IMG/VR virus record: IMGVR_UViG_3300046517_001279
Direction: 5' to 3' (one strand)
DNA from: an uncultured virus (IMG/VR IMGVR_UViG_3300046517_001279)
Lineage: Duplodnaviria > Heunggongvirae > Uroviricota > Caudoviricetes
DNA length: 64,000 nucleotides
The notes beneath the pieces were generated by a model. The model was given only the letters and a program-made list of their open reading frames with translations. It had not been told where the DNA came from and ran no database searches. The position numbers and the translations under genes are program-made. Position 1 is the first letter of the stretch, and each line of letters starts with the position of its first letter. Of this stretch, positions 1 through 8,401 are shown in pieces.

Positions 1-597
1 GTGCTGATGGCGAGCGAAGAGTTTCAGTGGGACCCGAGCGAAGGGATAACTGACTATGTGTACGCCCTGATGGGCGCGGACGACGCAGCGGTCTTCTACA
101 CAGGGGACTTCCCCCACCTATCGCGCGCCGACGCGGACCTGATCGTCGCTGCGGTGAACGCTACAGCGAGCGAGCCTGCTGCGATCGTGGAGTCGTGGAC
201 GAACGGAAGCTACCATCGCAACTACCGCATCAAATGGCTAAAGGACGTGCCAGAGGGCACGAAACTTTATGACGTACCGAAGGTGGCGCAGCCTCTCGCC
301 GACGCAAGCCAGCCCGAAGGCATCGAAGGCCAGATCCGGCACCTCGTCACGTGCGTGCGCGAAGACGTGCTCGCGCATGACGGCAAGCTCGCGGCGCGGT
401 CTCAACTCGCTGAGGAGCGGCTGAAAGTGCTGATCTCGCTCGCGGTGAAGAACGCGACCGCGCCGAAGCCATTCAACGAAAAAGCCGAGCGCGCCGCGTT
501 CCTCGCTTGGGTCGATGCCTACATCGCGGAGCACGGCCAGAACCCGGCGCCGGAAGACGTGTGGATGGCATGTGCGGCGCAGGAGCGGAAACCATGA
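1..597 (+). CDS. hypothetical phage protein (probably 5'-truncated by the window edge)
   Basis: Open frame from base 1; its stop overlaps the next ATG (ATGA at 594-597). Confidence 0.6.
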   Translation: MLMASEEFQWDPSEGITDYVYALMGADDAAVFYTGDFPHLSRADADLIVAAVNATASEPAAIVESWTNGSYHRNYRIKWLKDVPEGTKLYDVPKVAQPLADASQPEGIEGQIRHLVTCVREDVLAHDGKLAARSQLAEERLKVLISLAVKNATAPKPFNEKAERAAFLAWVDAYIAEHGQNPAPEDVWMACAAQERKP

Positions 598-914
598 AAC
601 GCATCGAAGGAATCGACACGGAGTCCCGCGCAGAATGGCCCGACCCCCTCCGCTGCACCGGCCGCACGACGCTCCAGATGCTGGCCGCGCCGCAAGACGC
701 GGTTTTCATCTCGTGCCACGCCGGCTCAGTACGGCATGACCGGGATCTGGCGGCGAAACACGGCCGCCGAGACCTGAAGGTGTTCGCACCGACCTGGCTC
801 ATTGACCATCGCTGGGAGGGCCGGGAGTTCACAGGTATCGTCGTCGACCACGACGCAAAACTCACCGAGCGCGAGCGCCACAGCCTGAACATCGCACTCA
901 CGCGCGTCAGATAA
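594..914 (+). CDS. hypothetical phage protein
   Basis: ATG 594 coupled to the previous stop, AGGAG upstream; MKRIEGIDTESR... Confidence 0.6.
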   Translation: MKRIEGIDTESRAEWPDPLRCTGRTTLQMLAAPQDAVFISCHAGSVRHDRDLAAKHGRRDLKVFAPTWLIDHRWEGREFTGIVVDHDAKLTERERHSLNIALTRVR

Positions 915-947
915 CGCGTAAATACCTCAGCAGAGCGCTTTCAGCTA

Positions 948-976
948 TTGCTGTTAGGAATTTGCCGCGATACACT
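948..976 (+). promoter_or_regulatory. sigma70-like promoter for the GntR gene
   Basis: TTGCTG-17 bp-TACACT in an intergenic gap. Confidence 0.45.
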
Positions 977-1002
977 GAGTGCTCAACCATCAGGACACCT
1001 AA

Positions 1003-1275
1003 ATGCCCACCACCGCATTCAACGAAACCTCCCGCGTCGCGCGCACACTCGACGCGCTGCTCAAGGGCATCCTCGCGGGCAAGTACGGCACGACCCTCCC
1101 GCCGCAGGAGACGCTGTCCAAGAGCCTGGGCGTGAGCCGCACCGTGATGCGCGAGGCGATTGTGATTTTGCGCTTTTGCAATGTGCTGTCGATCCGGCCG
1201 AAGATCGGCACTCACATCAAACCGAGCAGCGAGTGGAAGTCGGCGCTGCTGGAGACCGTGGAGAAGGCAGCGTGA
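1003..1275 (+). CDS. stand-alone GntR-family winged-HTH regulator
   Basis: LPPQETLSKSLGVSRTVMREAI...RPKIGTHI matches the GntR HTH signature. Confidence 0.85.
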   Translation: MPTTAFNETSRVARTLDALLKGILAGKYGTTLPPQETLSKSLGVSRTVMREAIVILRFCNVLSIRPKIGTHIKPSSEWKSALLETVEKAA

Positions 1276-1970
1276 GACCCGAAATCCCACCCATCATCGA
1301 GAAACCCGAAGTCGGCCACGCCGACAGCGTCGCGCGCCATCCCGCCTACGCGCAGATCGGCGCGTCGCGTGTAAGCGGCAGCGCGCGCCTGTACGGCTCC
1401 GACTTCGTGCATCAGAACTGCGTGCGCGTGCGCATTGGCAAGTCGGAACTGCACCGCAGTCTCGCGAACGACAACCCGTACGGCAGCAATCAGAGCTATA
1501 TCGAGGTCGACCTGTCTGAGGCGCAATGGGCGTCGTTTGTCAGCAGCATGAATATCGGCTTCGGCACACAGTGCACGCTTCGTTACCGCGATGGAGAGGA
1601 AGTGCCGGGTATCGCGGCGCCTGAAGAAGACCGACGCGAGCAGTTCACGCGCGAGGCCGGCGAGCGGGCCGCGCGCGCGATCACCGAAATGGATACGCTG
1701 GCCGCCGAGATCGACGAGATGAAGATCCCGGAGAAGCAGAAAAAGGCGCTCAAGGGGCGGCTGGGGCAGGCGCGCCAGCAGTTGACGTCCAATATCCCGT
1801 TCGTGCTCGAACAGTTCGCCGAGCACATGGAAACGACCGTCGAAAAGGCCAAGGTCGAGGTCAACGCGTACGTGCTGAACACGATCCAGCGCGCGGGGTT
1901 ACAGGCGCTCGGCGTGCAGCCCGGAGAGGGGCCGTTGCTGGGGTTTGGGGACGCTGCGGAACAGAGTTGA
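1272..1970 (+). CDS. hypothetical phage protein
   Basis: GTG 1272 overlaps the GntR stop; long ORF with a coiled-coil-like C-terminus. Confidence 0.7.
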   Translation: MRPEIPPIIEKPEVGHADSVARHPAYAQIGASRVSGSARLYGSDFVHQNCVRVRIGKSELHRSLANDNPYGSNQSYIEVDLSEAQWASFVSSMNIGFGTQCTLRYRDGEEVPGIAAPEEDRREQFTREAGERAARAITEMDTLAAEIDEMKIPEKQKKALKGRLGQARQQLTSNIPFVLEQFAEHMETTVEKAKVEVNAYVLNTIQRAGLQALGVQPGEGPLLGFGDAAEQS

Positions 1971-2015
1971 CGTGACCGTTTAAAAGACCTATTATAAGAT
2001 CCGCTAAACGATCTT
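1967..2015 (+). promoter_or_regulatory. TA operon promoter with palindromic operator
   Basis: TTGACG(1967)-17 bp-TATTAT(1990); inverted repeat AAGATC-8 nt-GATCTT at 1996-2015. Confidence 0.65.
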
Positions 2016-2027
2016 TTGGAGGTTATC

Positions 2028-2276
2028 ATGGAAACCCTACTTGCCCGCGTCTCGGTGGGCATCTCCGAGTTGAAACTCAACCCTACGGCGGTGCTCGACG
2101 GGGCGGACGGAGGTGCTGTCGCCATCCTCAACCGCAATAAGCCTGTGGCGTACCTGCTGCCGGCAGCGATGTACGAGAAGATTCTGGACCGGCTCGAAGA
2201 CTACGAGCTGGGGGAAATTGTGCGGGAGCGTGAGAACGAGCCGTCCGTCGAAGTGGACATCAGCCGTGACCTATAA
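2028..2276 (+). CDS. Phd/YefM-family antitoxin (YafN/StbD-like)
   Basis: SVGISELKLNP...VAILNRNKPVAYL motif; GGAGG RBS; overlaps the toxin gene. Confidence 0.9.
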   Translation: METLLARVSVGISELKLNPTAVLDGADGGAVAILNRNKPVAYLLPAAMYEKILDRLEDYELGEIVRERENEPSVEVDISRDL

Positions 2277-2550
2277 GCTGCTGTTCAAGGAGAGCGCAGC
2301 CAAGGAGTGGAAGAAGCTCGACGGTGACATCCGGAGACAGTTCTCCAGGAAGCTGAACGAGCGACTGGAGAGCCCACGAGTTCCGCACGACGCGCTCCAC
2401 GGTATGAAGGACTGCTACAAAATTAAGCTCCGGACCAAGGGCTATCGGCTCGTGTACCGGGTCGAGGACGAGATCATCACAGTCACCGTGATCGCTGTTG
2501 GCCGACGCGAGGGCGGTGAAGTTTACGAAGAGGCTGCGAAAAGACAATGA
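2266..2550 (+). CDS. relE: RelE/StbE-family mRNA interferase toxin
   Basis: YKLLF..AAKEWKKLD...CYKIKLRTKGYRLVY...VIAVGRRE...VYEEAAKR. Confidence 0.9.
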   Translation: MTYKLLFKESAAKEWKKLDGDIRRQFSRKLNERLESPRVPHDALHGMKDCYKIKLRTKGYRLVYRVEDEIITVTVIAVGRREGGEVYEEAAKRQ

Positions 2551-3959
2551 TGAAAGACCACGAAATCGCTGCGATCGTCAACCAGTTGCGCGACATCGCC
2601 AAAGAGTACGGCCAGACGCAGCAGCTTCGCGAGCGTATCGCTGCGGTTGTCGTGCCGCTCCTTGCAAGCAAACCTGCCGCGCCAATGGATAACGCGTGCG
2701 CGTTGTCTGAAGGCTATCGGCGGGGCCTCATGGAAGCATTTCATGTTGCCAACATGATCCATGCAAACAGACAAGGCAGGACGGCCGAAGAAACATGCGC
2801 ATACCTCGTTCGCCGGTTAGCTGGACTTGCTAACGGCGGCGAGGAGCCTGCCGCGCCAGCGCAATCGGGTGAGCCGGTGGAAGCTGACGTAGTGCCGAAT
2901 GAAATTGCTGAACTTTTGACAGAGCCCTGCTGGAATTTATCCAGGAGGGATGTTTCCGACTTGCTCAAACGCATCGGCTCTATTCTCTACACCGCCCCGC
3001 AACCATCCCAGCCCGCGCAGTCTGGCGACCCAGTATTGCCCGTGTGGTTCGACATGTTCCTGACGAATGTGTGTGAAATCCCCGATCGCAATAGTCCCGA
3101 GGGCGAGCCCGAGGCGATGATCGCCACCGCTGAAGAATTGCGTAACTGTGCTTTGAATGCCATTGAAAATACAGCCGCCAATGCTGGAGATCGTGACGAA
3201 CGCCCAATCAGTCCGGCTGATATTTCGGCGGCGGCTGATGCGGTCCAACGCACTTACGGAGTATCGGGAGATATTGCAGAGCAGATTGCCGTTGCCGTGA
3301 TCGACACCCTGATAGCTCGCGGCAATCATCCGCCCTACTCAGTTCCCTCTGCCGTGGCGCTGGACGATGAGCGGGCGGCGGCGGAATGGGCTCTTTTCGC
3401 GCTTATCCCTTGCGGCCATCATGAATGGGCGCAGCGTCATCGCAAAGTGTTCTCCACCATGTTGGCCCGCGCCGCATCCCCGCAAGCCACGGAAGATACG
3501 CCCGCAAAGTTAGCGCGCGACGCGGTGCGCATGCTCGAAGGCTATGCCGAGTCGTATGAATCGATGGCAAAAATGGATAGCAAGAGTGGCGATGGCACGG
3601 TTCAGTGTCGATCTGTCGCCCGCGACATCCGCGCGAACATGGCTGGCTGGTTCGGCCCGCATCTCACCGTGCAAGCCACGGCGACGCAACCAGCACAGAC
3701 GTCACCCGCGAGAGAGCCCCTTTCCCCGGAAGCTCGCGCCTTCTATGCGAGACATGAGGCACGCATGGGGCGTAGCGGAACCATGCAGCCAGCACAGACG
3801 GAGCGGGCGCTGACGGATGGGACTTGTCAGTGGCGCGAGGAAGAAGGAAATTTTGGCGACAGAATCGTTCGCTGCCTGACTTGCGGAGTTCATCGCAGCA
3901 ATCCATGCCCGAAGTCTCTCGCCGCGCAGCCAGCAAGCGGAGCCGACCATGCACCGTAA
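2547..3959 (+). CDS. modular/mosaic hypothetical protein with repeated QPAQ linkers
   Basis: 470 aa ORF; segments separated by PAQSG(E/D)PV, PQAT and QPAQT linkers. Confidence 0.7.
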   Translation: MMKDHEIAAIVNQLRDIAKEYGQTQQLRERIAAVVVPLLASKPAAPMDNACALSEGYRRGLMEAFHVANMIHANRQGRTAEETCAYLVRRLAGLANGGEEPAAPAQSGEPVEADVVPNEIAELLTEPCWNLSRRDVSDLLKRIGSILYTAPQPSQPAQSGDPVLPVWFDMFLTNVCEIPDRNSPEGEPEAMIATAEELRNCALNAIENTAANAGDRDERPISPADISAAADAVQRTYGVSGDIAEQIAVAVIDTLIARGNHPPYSVPSAVALDDERAAAEWALFALIPCGHHEWAQRHRKVFSTMLARAASPQATEDTPAKLARDAVRMLEGYAESYESMAKMDSKSGDGTVQCRSVARDIRANMAGWFGPHLTVQATATQPAQTSPAREPLSPEARAFYARHEARMGRSGTMQPAQTERALTDGTCQWREEEGNFGDRIVRCLTCGVHRSNPCPKSLAAQPASGADHAP

Positions 3960-4161
3960 TTGCATTCGCTATAAAGATACGACCGCAGCGCCCGGCAGCC
4001 AGTTACACGCTGCGCTAACGGACAAAGACGCACCGCGCGCCGAGGCAATCTATCGGCAATGCGAAGCAGACGCGCGCGAGCTTGTCAGGCCGAAAGTCGC
4101 TGCCCCTGGTACGCTGCGCGGGCCGTGTGAGTATGCAAAGGCGCAGGGAGAGACGGCATGA
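3949..4161 (+). CDS. hypothetical protein
   Basis: GGAG RBS; overlaps both neighbours. Confidence 0.5.
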   Translation: MHRNCIRYKDTTAAPGSQLHAALTDKDAPRAEAIYRQCEADARELVRPKVAAPGTLRGPCEYAKAQGETA

Positions 4162-4391
4162 CCGCACAGGACACGACGGTTTTCGGCTGGACCTACGAAC
4201 AGTGGGTGAAGGCCATCGACTATCAGAACCAGTGCGAGCCAGCGGTCTTTGACGCGCCGACGACTCCGAACGCGTTCGTGGAGGCGCTGAAGGGCGCTAT
4301 CAACGCGCTGAAGTACCTGGCCGAAGTGCAGAGGTTCTGGCGCATGCGAAGGCTCGACCAACCGCTCGAAGTAAGGCTGATCCTGCCGTGA
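4158..4391 (+). CDS. hypothetical protein
   Basis: ATGA coupling, GGGAG RBS. Confidence 0.55.
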   Translation: MTAQDTTVFGWTYEQWVKAIDYQNQCEPAVFDAPTTPNAFVEALKGAINALKYLAEVQRFWRMRRLDQPLEVRLILP

Positions 4392-4576
4392 AAGTCCACG
4401 ACGAGCGCACGCCGATGTTCATTCATGACCAGTGCTACGACACGCCCGCGCTCCTCAAGGAACACGTCGACCTGGCCGCGTCTACGACATGGCACCTGAC
4501 GCAGCCCTCGACATCGATGCTGGGGGAAGCGCTGCGTTTTGGCTTTGTCGTGCTGGCCGCACACGTCGGGCTATAA
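4388..4576 (+). CDS. hypothetical protein
   Basis: GTGA coupling to the previous gene. Confidence 0.45.
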   Translation: MKVHDERTPMFIHDQCYDTPALLKEHVDLAASTTWHLTQPSTSMLGEALRFGFVVLAAHVGL

Positions 4577-4580
4577 AGAT

Positions 4581-4905
4581 TTCGGCCACCATACGCCGAA
4601 GGCCCGCACAGCCTCCAGCCTGTAAACGCTTCGTACAGCCTATTATCTGTATCGACTCTCGACTACACTGGAGTCCCACAAACGGAGGAACGCATGCTGC
4701 TTTACGCAATCCTCCGCTGGCTTCTGTTTCTCTTCAGGCGCGCCGTCCTTGATCGGCCCGGCGCGTTTCAGTGGGCGCGAGCAGCGCCCTCTAAGAACCA
4801 CGAGGCGACGCCTCAACTAAGCCAGCGGCGCGGACAGGGAAAGAGACCCTGAACCCGCGACGGCCGATCATTTACCCATGGAGCCGCCACAGAGCGGCTC
4901 TCTTG
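4581..4905 (+). ncRNA. candidate structured RNA 1 (structured leader or mRNA)
   Basis: Stems TTCGGC/GCCGAA, CTCCAG/CTGGAG, CGGAGGA/TCCTCCG, CCGCTGGCTT/AAGCCAGCGG, TGATCGGCC/GGCCGATCA, GGGCGC/GCGCCC, CAGGG/CCCTG and GAGCCGC/GCGGCTC. Confidence 0.45.
4694..4852 (+). CDS. 52-aa peptide with hydrophobic N-terminus (type I toxin-like)
   Basis: GGAGG at 4684-4688 then ATG; MLLYAILRWLLFLFRRAVLDRPGAFQWARAAPSKNHEATPQLSQRRGQGKRP; below the ORF-track size cut-off. Confidence 0.4.
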   Translation: MLLYAILRWLLFLFRRAVLDRPGAFQWARAAPSKNHEATPQLSQRRGQGKRP

Positions 4906-4936
4906 CATTAAAATCCTCTGTACAACGGTTTTCACG

Positions 4937-4964
4937 TTGCATGAAGCGACAAATCTGGTATAGT
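4937..4964 (+). promoter_or_regulatory. sigma70-like promoter for the ACP gene
   Basis: TTGCAT-16 bp-TATAGT with an extended -10 TG. Confidence 0.55.
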
Positions 4965-4998
4965 TAGACCATTCAAACAAAGCGCCGGGAAGACCACC

Positions 4999-5244
4999 AT
5001 GCCCACCATCGAAGACCGCGTAAAGCACATCATCGCCGACCAGGTTGGCCGCGCCGGAACCGACATCCGCAACGACCAGAATCTCGACAGCGATCTGGAC
5101 CTCGACTCGCTCGATCTGGTCGAGATCGGGATGGGTCTGGAGGAGGAGTTCAATTGTGAGATTCCGGACGAGCGCGCGCTAGGGCTCACCACGGTGCAGT
5201 CTGTGATCGACCTGGTCAACGAATACCAGCCCGCGACGCTGTAA
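4999..5244 (+). CDS. acpP: acyl carrier protein
   Basis: Acidic 81 aa; IEDRVKHIIADQ...DLDLDSLDLVEIGMGLEEEFNCEIPDE...TTVQSVID with the DSL phosphopantetheine serine. Confidence 0.92.
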   Translation: MPTIEDRVKHIIADQVGRAGTDIRNDQNLDSDLDLDSLDLVEIGMGLEEEFNCEIPDERALGLTTVQSVIDLVNEYQPATL

Positions 5245-5265
5245 TCGCTGCGGAAGATTTTTGAA

Positions 5266-5364
5266 ATGCTTCACAGAAAAGTTCAGCGCCTGTTGACCGG
5301 GTGCATTTTCCTCTCCCTCGCGCTGATGAGCGCGATGGCTTACGCTGCATTTGCGAGATTATGA
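5266..5364 (+). CDS. 32-aa single-TM peptide
   Basis: MLHRKVQRLLTGCIFLSLALMSAMAYAAFARL; fills the gap after ACP, and its stop overlaps the next ATG. Confidence 0.45.
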   Translation: MLHRKVQRLLTGCIFLSLALMSAMAYAAFARL

Positions 5365-5927
5365 CCACACGAAACCTGATTGAACTGGTGCGCGACGCGA
5401 ACCGGGAAATTACGGCCGCCGATCGGAACATGATTGTGACGGCGCTGGAGAGCGCGGCGCAAAAGCCTGTCGAAAAGATGGCGTACGGGCACGGCCCGTT
5501 CGTCACCTTCGACGACGACTCCAAAGCCTTCATCGACAGCTGGACTGGTGGCGCACACGACATCGGCCACTTCGGCGGCATCACGCTGCGCTTTGTCGCG
5601 CCGGACGGCACCGCGAACGTGCGCGGGTATCAGGCGTTGGATACGATCAAGGCGGCCGGGACACCCGCTGCGCAATGGCGCGAGAAGGGCGAGGCTGATC
5701 CGCATGCCGGGCATTACGACGGCGAGCGCGCCGAGCTGATGCTCGGTAATCTGACCGACGACGAACTGGCAAACGGCGTGTTTATGAACGCCGACCAGAA
5801 GCTGGACATCGCGCGCGTCCTTGCCCGCGATCCCGACTATCACCCGCCGATCGTCTGGCTGACCGCAGCGAAGGAGCGCATCCGCTGGCTCTCGCGCGCG
5901 CTGGCGAAGGAGTTGGGAAATGGCTGA
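5361..5927 (+). CDS. hypothetical phage protein
   Basis: ATG 5361; ORF overlaps the next gene. Confidence 0.65.
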   Translation: MTTRNLIELVRDANREITAADRNMIVTALESAAQKPVEKMAYGHGPFVTFDDDSKAFIDSWTGGAHDIGHFGGITLRFVAPDGTANVRGYQALDTIKAAGTPAAQWREKGEADPHAGHYDGERAELMLGNLTDDELANGVFMNADQKLDIARVLARDPDYHPPIVWLTAAKERIRWLSRALAKELGNG

Positions 5928-6774
5928 TTCACAGAAACACAGCGGGATTCTCGACATCGACGCGTTTGACGCCCTGATCGATGCCTACCAGTGCGCGCAG
6001 AAAGACGGCACGCTCAATGAGCGCGCCGACGCGCGGGCAGCGCTGAAGAAGGCGTATCGCGCTGCGCTTTTTCGGGCACAGACGAACGATCTGAGCGGGG
6101 TCACCGTGCACATTACCGACTCGATCCCAGAGCGTCTCGCAGCGCTGCTGGCCGACGCCGAGCGCGCCGGCCTGAACATCCGCGTGTGGAACGAGCCGCT
6201 CGCGCCGCTGGCGATGGGTCACCACACGATGCGCAGCGACGTCTACCCGGCGCGGTACCCGGTGGTCGAGACGCACGCGACGCGCGACGAGTCCGACTGC
6301 CGTGGAGAGCCGTTTGGCGAAGACGGCCCCGATGAAGACGGCTTCAAGGGGCCGCGCCCGTGGAACGGTTTTCAGGAGGCGAAGTCTTCCCAGCAACGCC
6401 CGGCAAGCTTCCCCGACCTGATCGAAAGCAGCGAAGCTGCGTGGAAGGCGTTGGCGCACACGGAGCGCGCAACAGCGATGAGTCCGGCATTTGCCGCGCC
6501 CTACGGCGTCGACGAGGGCAAGACACTCAAGGACTGCGTAGCGCGGTTTCCAGTTAAATACAGCACTGAGTTTCCGCCGTGCGTACCGCTCGCGAGCCCG
6601 ACGCCCACCCCTCAAACCGCGCAGCTGAACGCTGCGTATGCCGCGCTCGACGCCGTGTGCGAGTGGGCGCAGAAGGACACGGAGAGCGAGGAGACAGGGG
6701 CAGGGCCGCAACTGCTCGCGCTTTTGCTCACGCACGGCGTGCACCCGCGCGCCGCGACGGGAGAACCACAGTGA
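5920..6774 (+). CDS. hypothetical protein
   Basis: AGGAG RBS; 284 aa ORF in the operon. Confidence 0.65.
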   Translation: MADSQKHSGILDIDAFDALIDAYQCAQKDGTLNERADARAALKKAYRAALFRAQTNDLSGVTVHITDSIPERLAALLADAERAGLNIRVWNEPLAPLAMGHHTMRSDVYPARYPVVETHATRDESDCRGEPFGEDGPDEDGFKGPRPWNGFQEAKSSQQRPASFPDLIESSEAAWKALAHTERATAMSPAFAAPYGVDEGKTLKDCVARFPVKYSTEFPPCVPLASPTPTPQTAQLNAAYAALDAVCEWAQKDTESEETGAGPQLLALLLTHGVHPRAATGEPQ

Positions 6775-7172
6775 CCCTCACCGCGAGCAACGTCCACATC
6801 CATGACACGACCGTCACTGTCGAATGCGGCACCGTCCGCGCAGCCGTCGAACTCGCCGAGCGGCTGATCTGCGCGCAGCCGGTGGCGTACATCCGGCTCG
6901 AAGCGATGCGCCGACTGATCGCTGATCCTTCGCAGACGACGCCGGCAGTTGGCCGCGCCGTCGCTGCTGAGGACATGATCGGGCTTCATCCTATGCCGCA
7001 AGCGTCGGCGCGCAAGCAGGCGCTGGAGGAGGCCATAAAGCTTTGCGAGATGGCTGCGCTTGACGCGAAGCTGAAGGAGCCGGACTCCACCGTCGCGAAG
7101 CTACATCAGACAGGCGCACAGTGGCAGGCGGAAGTTCTTGCAGAAACCTTGCGCGAGATGCTCTCAAAATGA
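6771..7172 (+). CDS. hypothetical protein
   Basis: GTGA coupling, GGGAG RBS. Confidence 0.55.
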   Translation: MTLTASNVHIHDTTVTVECGTVRAAVELAERLICAQPVAYIRLEAMRRLIADPSQTTPAVGRAVAAEDMIGLHPMPQASARKQALEEAIKLCEMAALDAKLKEPDSTVAKLHQTGAQWQAEVLAETLREMLSK

Positions 7173-7630
7173 AACGCGACTACGAACCCTTCAACGCCCG
7201 CCTGTCCCGCATCCGCACCGAGCGCAGCCTGACCGCGTACGATCTGCGCGTCGCAACGGGCATGACGCTCGCTGCCGTCAAAGACTACGAAAGCGGTGCG
7301 CGCATCCCGGGCTATATAGGGCTGCGGCTACTCGCGACCCACCTCGACGTGTCGGCCGACTATCTCGCTGGGCTCACGGAAGAAGGCGGCCGGCTGCAGC
7401 GCGGCGCTGAAGTGACGACCCGGTTCTCCGATCGGCTCAAGCTCGCGCGCGCCGAGCGCGGCCTGTCCCAAGACGACCTCGCGGACCTGGTCAAGACGTC
7501 GCGCACGCGCATTGGCCGATGGGAGAGCGGGACGCTGCCGAGCTTCTGGTCGCTCGTCGAGATCGCTGTGAAGTGCAAGGTGTCGCTGGACTGGCTGCTG
7601 GGGTTGAGTGAGAGGATGACGACTGACTGA
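7169..7630 (+). CDS. tandem double XRE/Cro-type HTH regulator
   Basis: Two repeats: FNARLSRIR...YESGARIP...VSADYLAG and FSDRLKLAR...WESG.LP...VSLDWLLG. Confidence 0.85.
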   Translation: MKRDYEPFNARLSRIRTERSLTAYDLRVATGMTLAAVKDYESGARIPGYIGLRLLATHLDVSADYLAGLTEEGGRLQRGAEVTTRFSDRLKLARAERGLSQDDLADLVKTSRTRIGRWESGTLPSFWSLVEIAVKCKVSLDWLLGLSERMTTD

Positions 7631-7685
7631 AATCCTGGCGGCCACAAACACGCGGCCACCGTCGAATCGATTAGCACAACGAAAA

Positions 7686-8336
7686 ATGAAAAACACCGTA
7701 ATCAGCCTGTTCGACGTGACAGGCAAGATGGTCGAACCGTGGCTCGAAGCCGGCTATGAGTGCTGGATCGTCGATCTGCAGCACCCTCCTGCATACGAGA
7801 CGGGCGGCGTGACAACAGAAGGGCGTCTGCATAGGGTTCACTGGGATCTGACGAAGCCGTGGCTCTGCCCGGTCGACCGCCACCGCATCGCGTTTGTATC
7901 AGCCTTCCCGCCGTGCGACCACGTGGCAGTGAGCGGCGCGCGCTGGTTCAAGGGGAAGGGCCTACGCAAGCTGGCGCTGTCGATCGAGATGTTCGCGACC
8001 GCTGCGGAATTCTGCGAGTGGGCCGGCGCGCCGTACATGATCGAAAACCCGGTGAGCAATATTTCAAGCCACTGGAGGAAGGCCGACTACTACTTCAGTC
8101 CCGAGCAGTTCACGGGGTTCGAGCGCAGCGATAATTACACGAAGAAAACCGCGCTGTGGGTGGGTGGCGGCTTCGTGATGCCCGAGCAGTTTAAAGACCT
8201 GACGCTTGGGGCTCCTGACGACCGCATCCACAAGTGCCCGCCCGGCCCCGAGCGACACAACATCCGCAGCGCGACCGCGCTTGGCTTCGCACGAGCAGTG
8301 CGCAAAGCGAATGATCCGATACTTAGGGCTGCGTAG
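7686..8336 (+). CDS. DNA cytosine-C5 methyltransferase-like protein
   Basis: Motif I-like VISLFD, catalytic FPPC, motif VI IENP. Confidence 0.75.
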   Translation: MKNTVISLFDVTGKMVEPWLEAGYECWIVDLQHPPAYETGGVTTEGRLHRVHWDLTKPWLCPVDRHRIAFVSAFPPCDHVAVSGARWFKGKGLRKLALSIEMFATAAEFCEWAGAPYMIENPVSNISSHWRKADYYFSPEQFTGFERSDNYTKKTALWVGGGFVMPEQFKDLTLGAPDDRIHKCPPGPERHNIRSATALGFARAVRKANDPILRAA

Positions 8337-8337
8337 C

Positions 8338-8366
8338 TTGTAACCAAAGGTAATCGCCGTCATACT
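8338..8366 (+). promoter_or_regulatory. sigma70-like promoter
   Basis: TTGTAA-17 bp-CATACT. Confidence 0.45.
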
Positions 8367-8401
8367 CCGGGCAAACAACAAGCCGCCCGGGGAAACCACG
8401 C

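Noticed and set aside
5322..5375. Hammerhead ribozyme (CTGATGA...GAAA)
   Set aside because: Stem II and the flanking stems do not form, and the region is explained by a small ORF.
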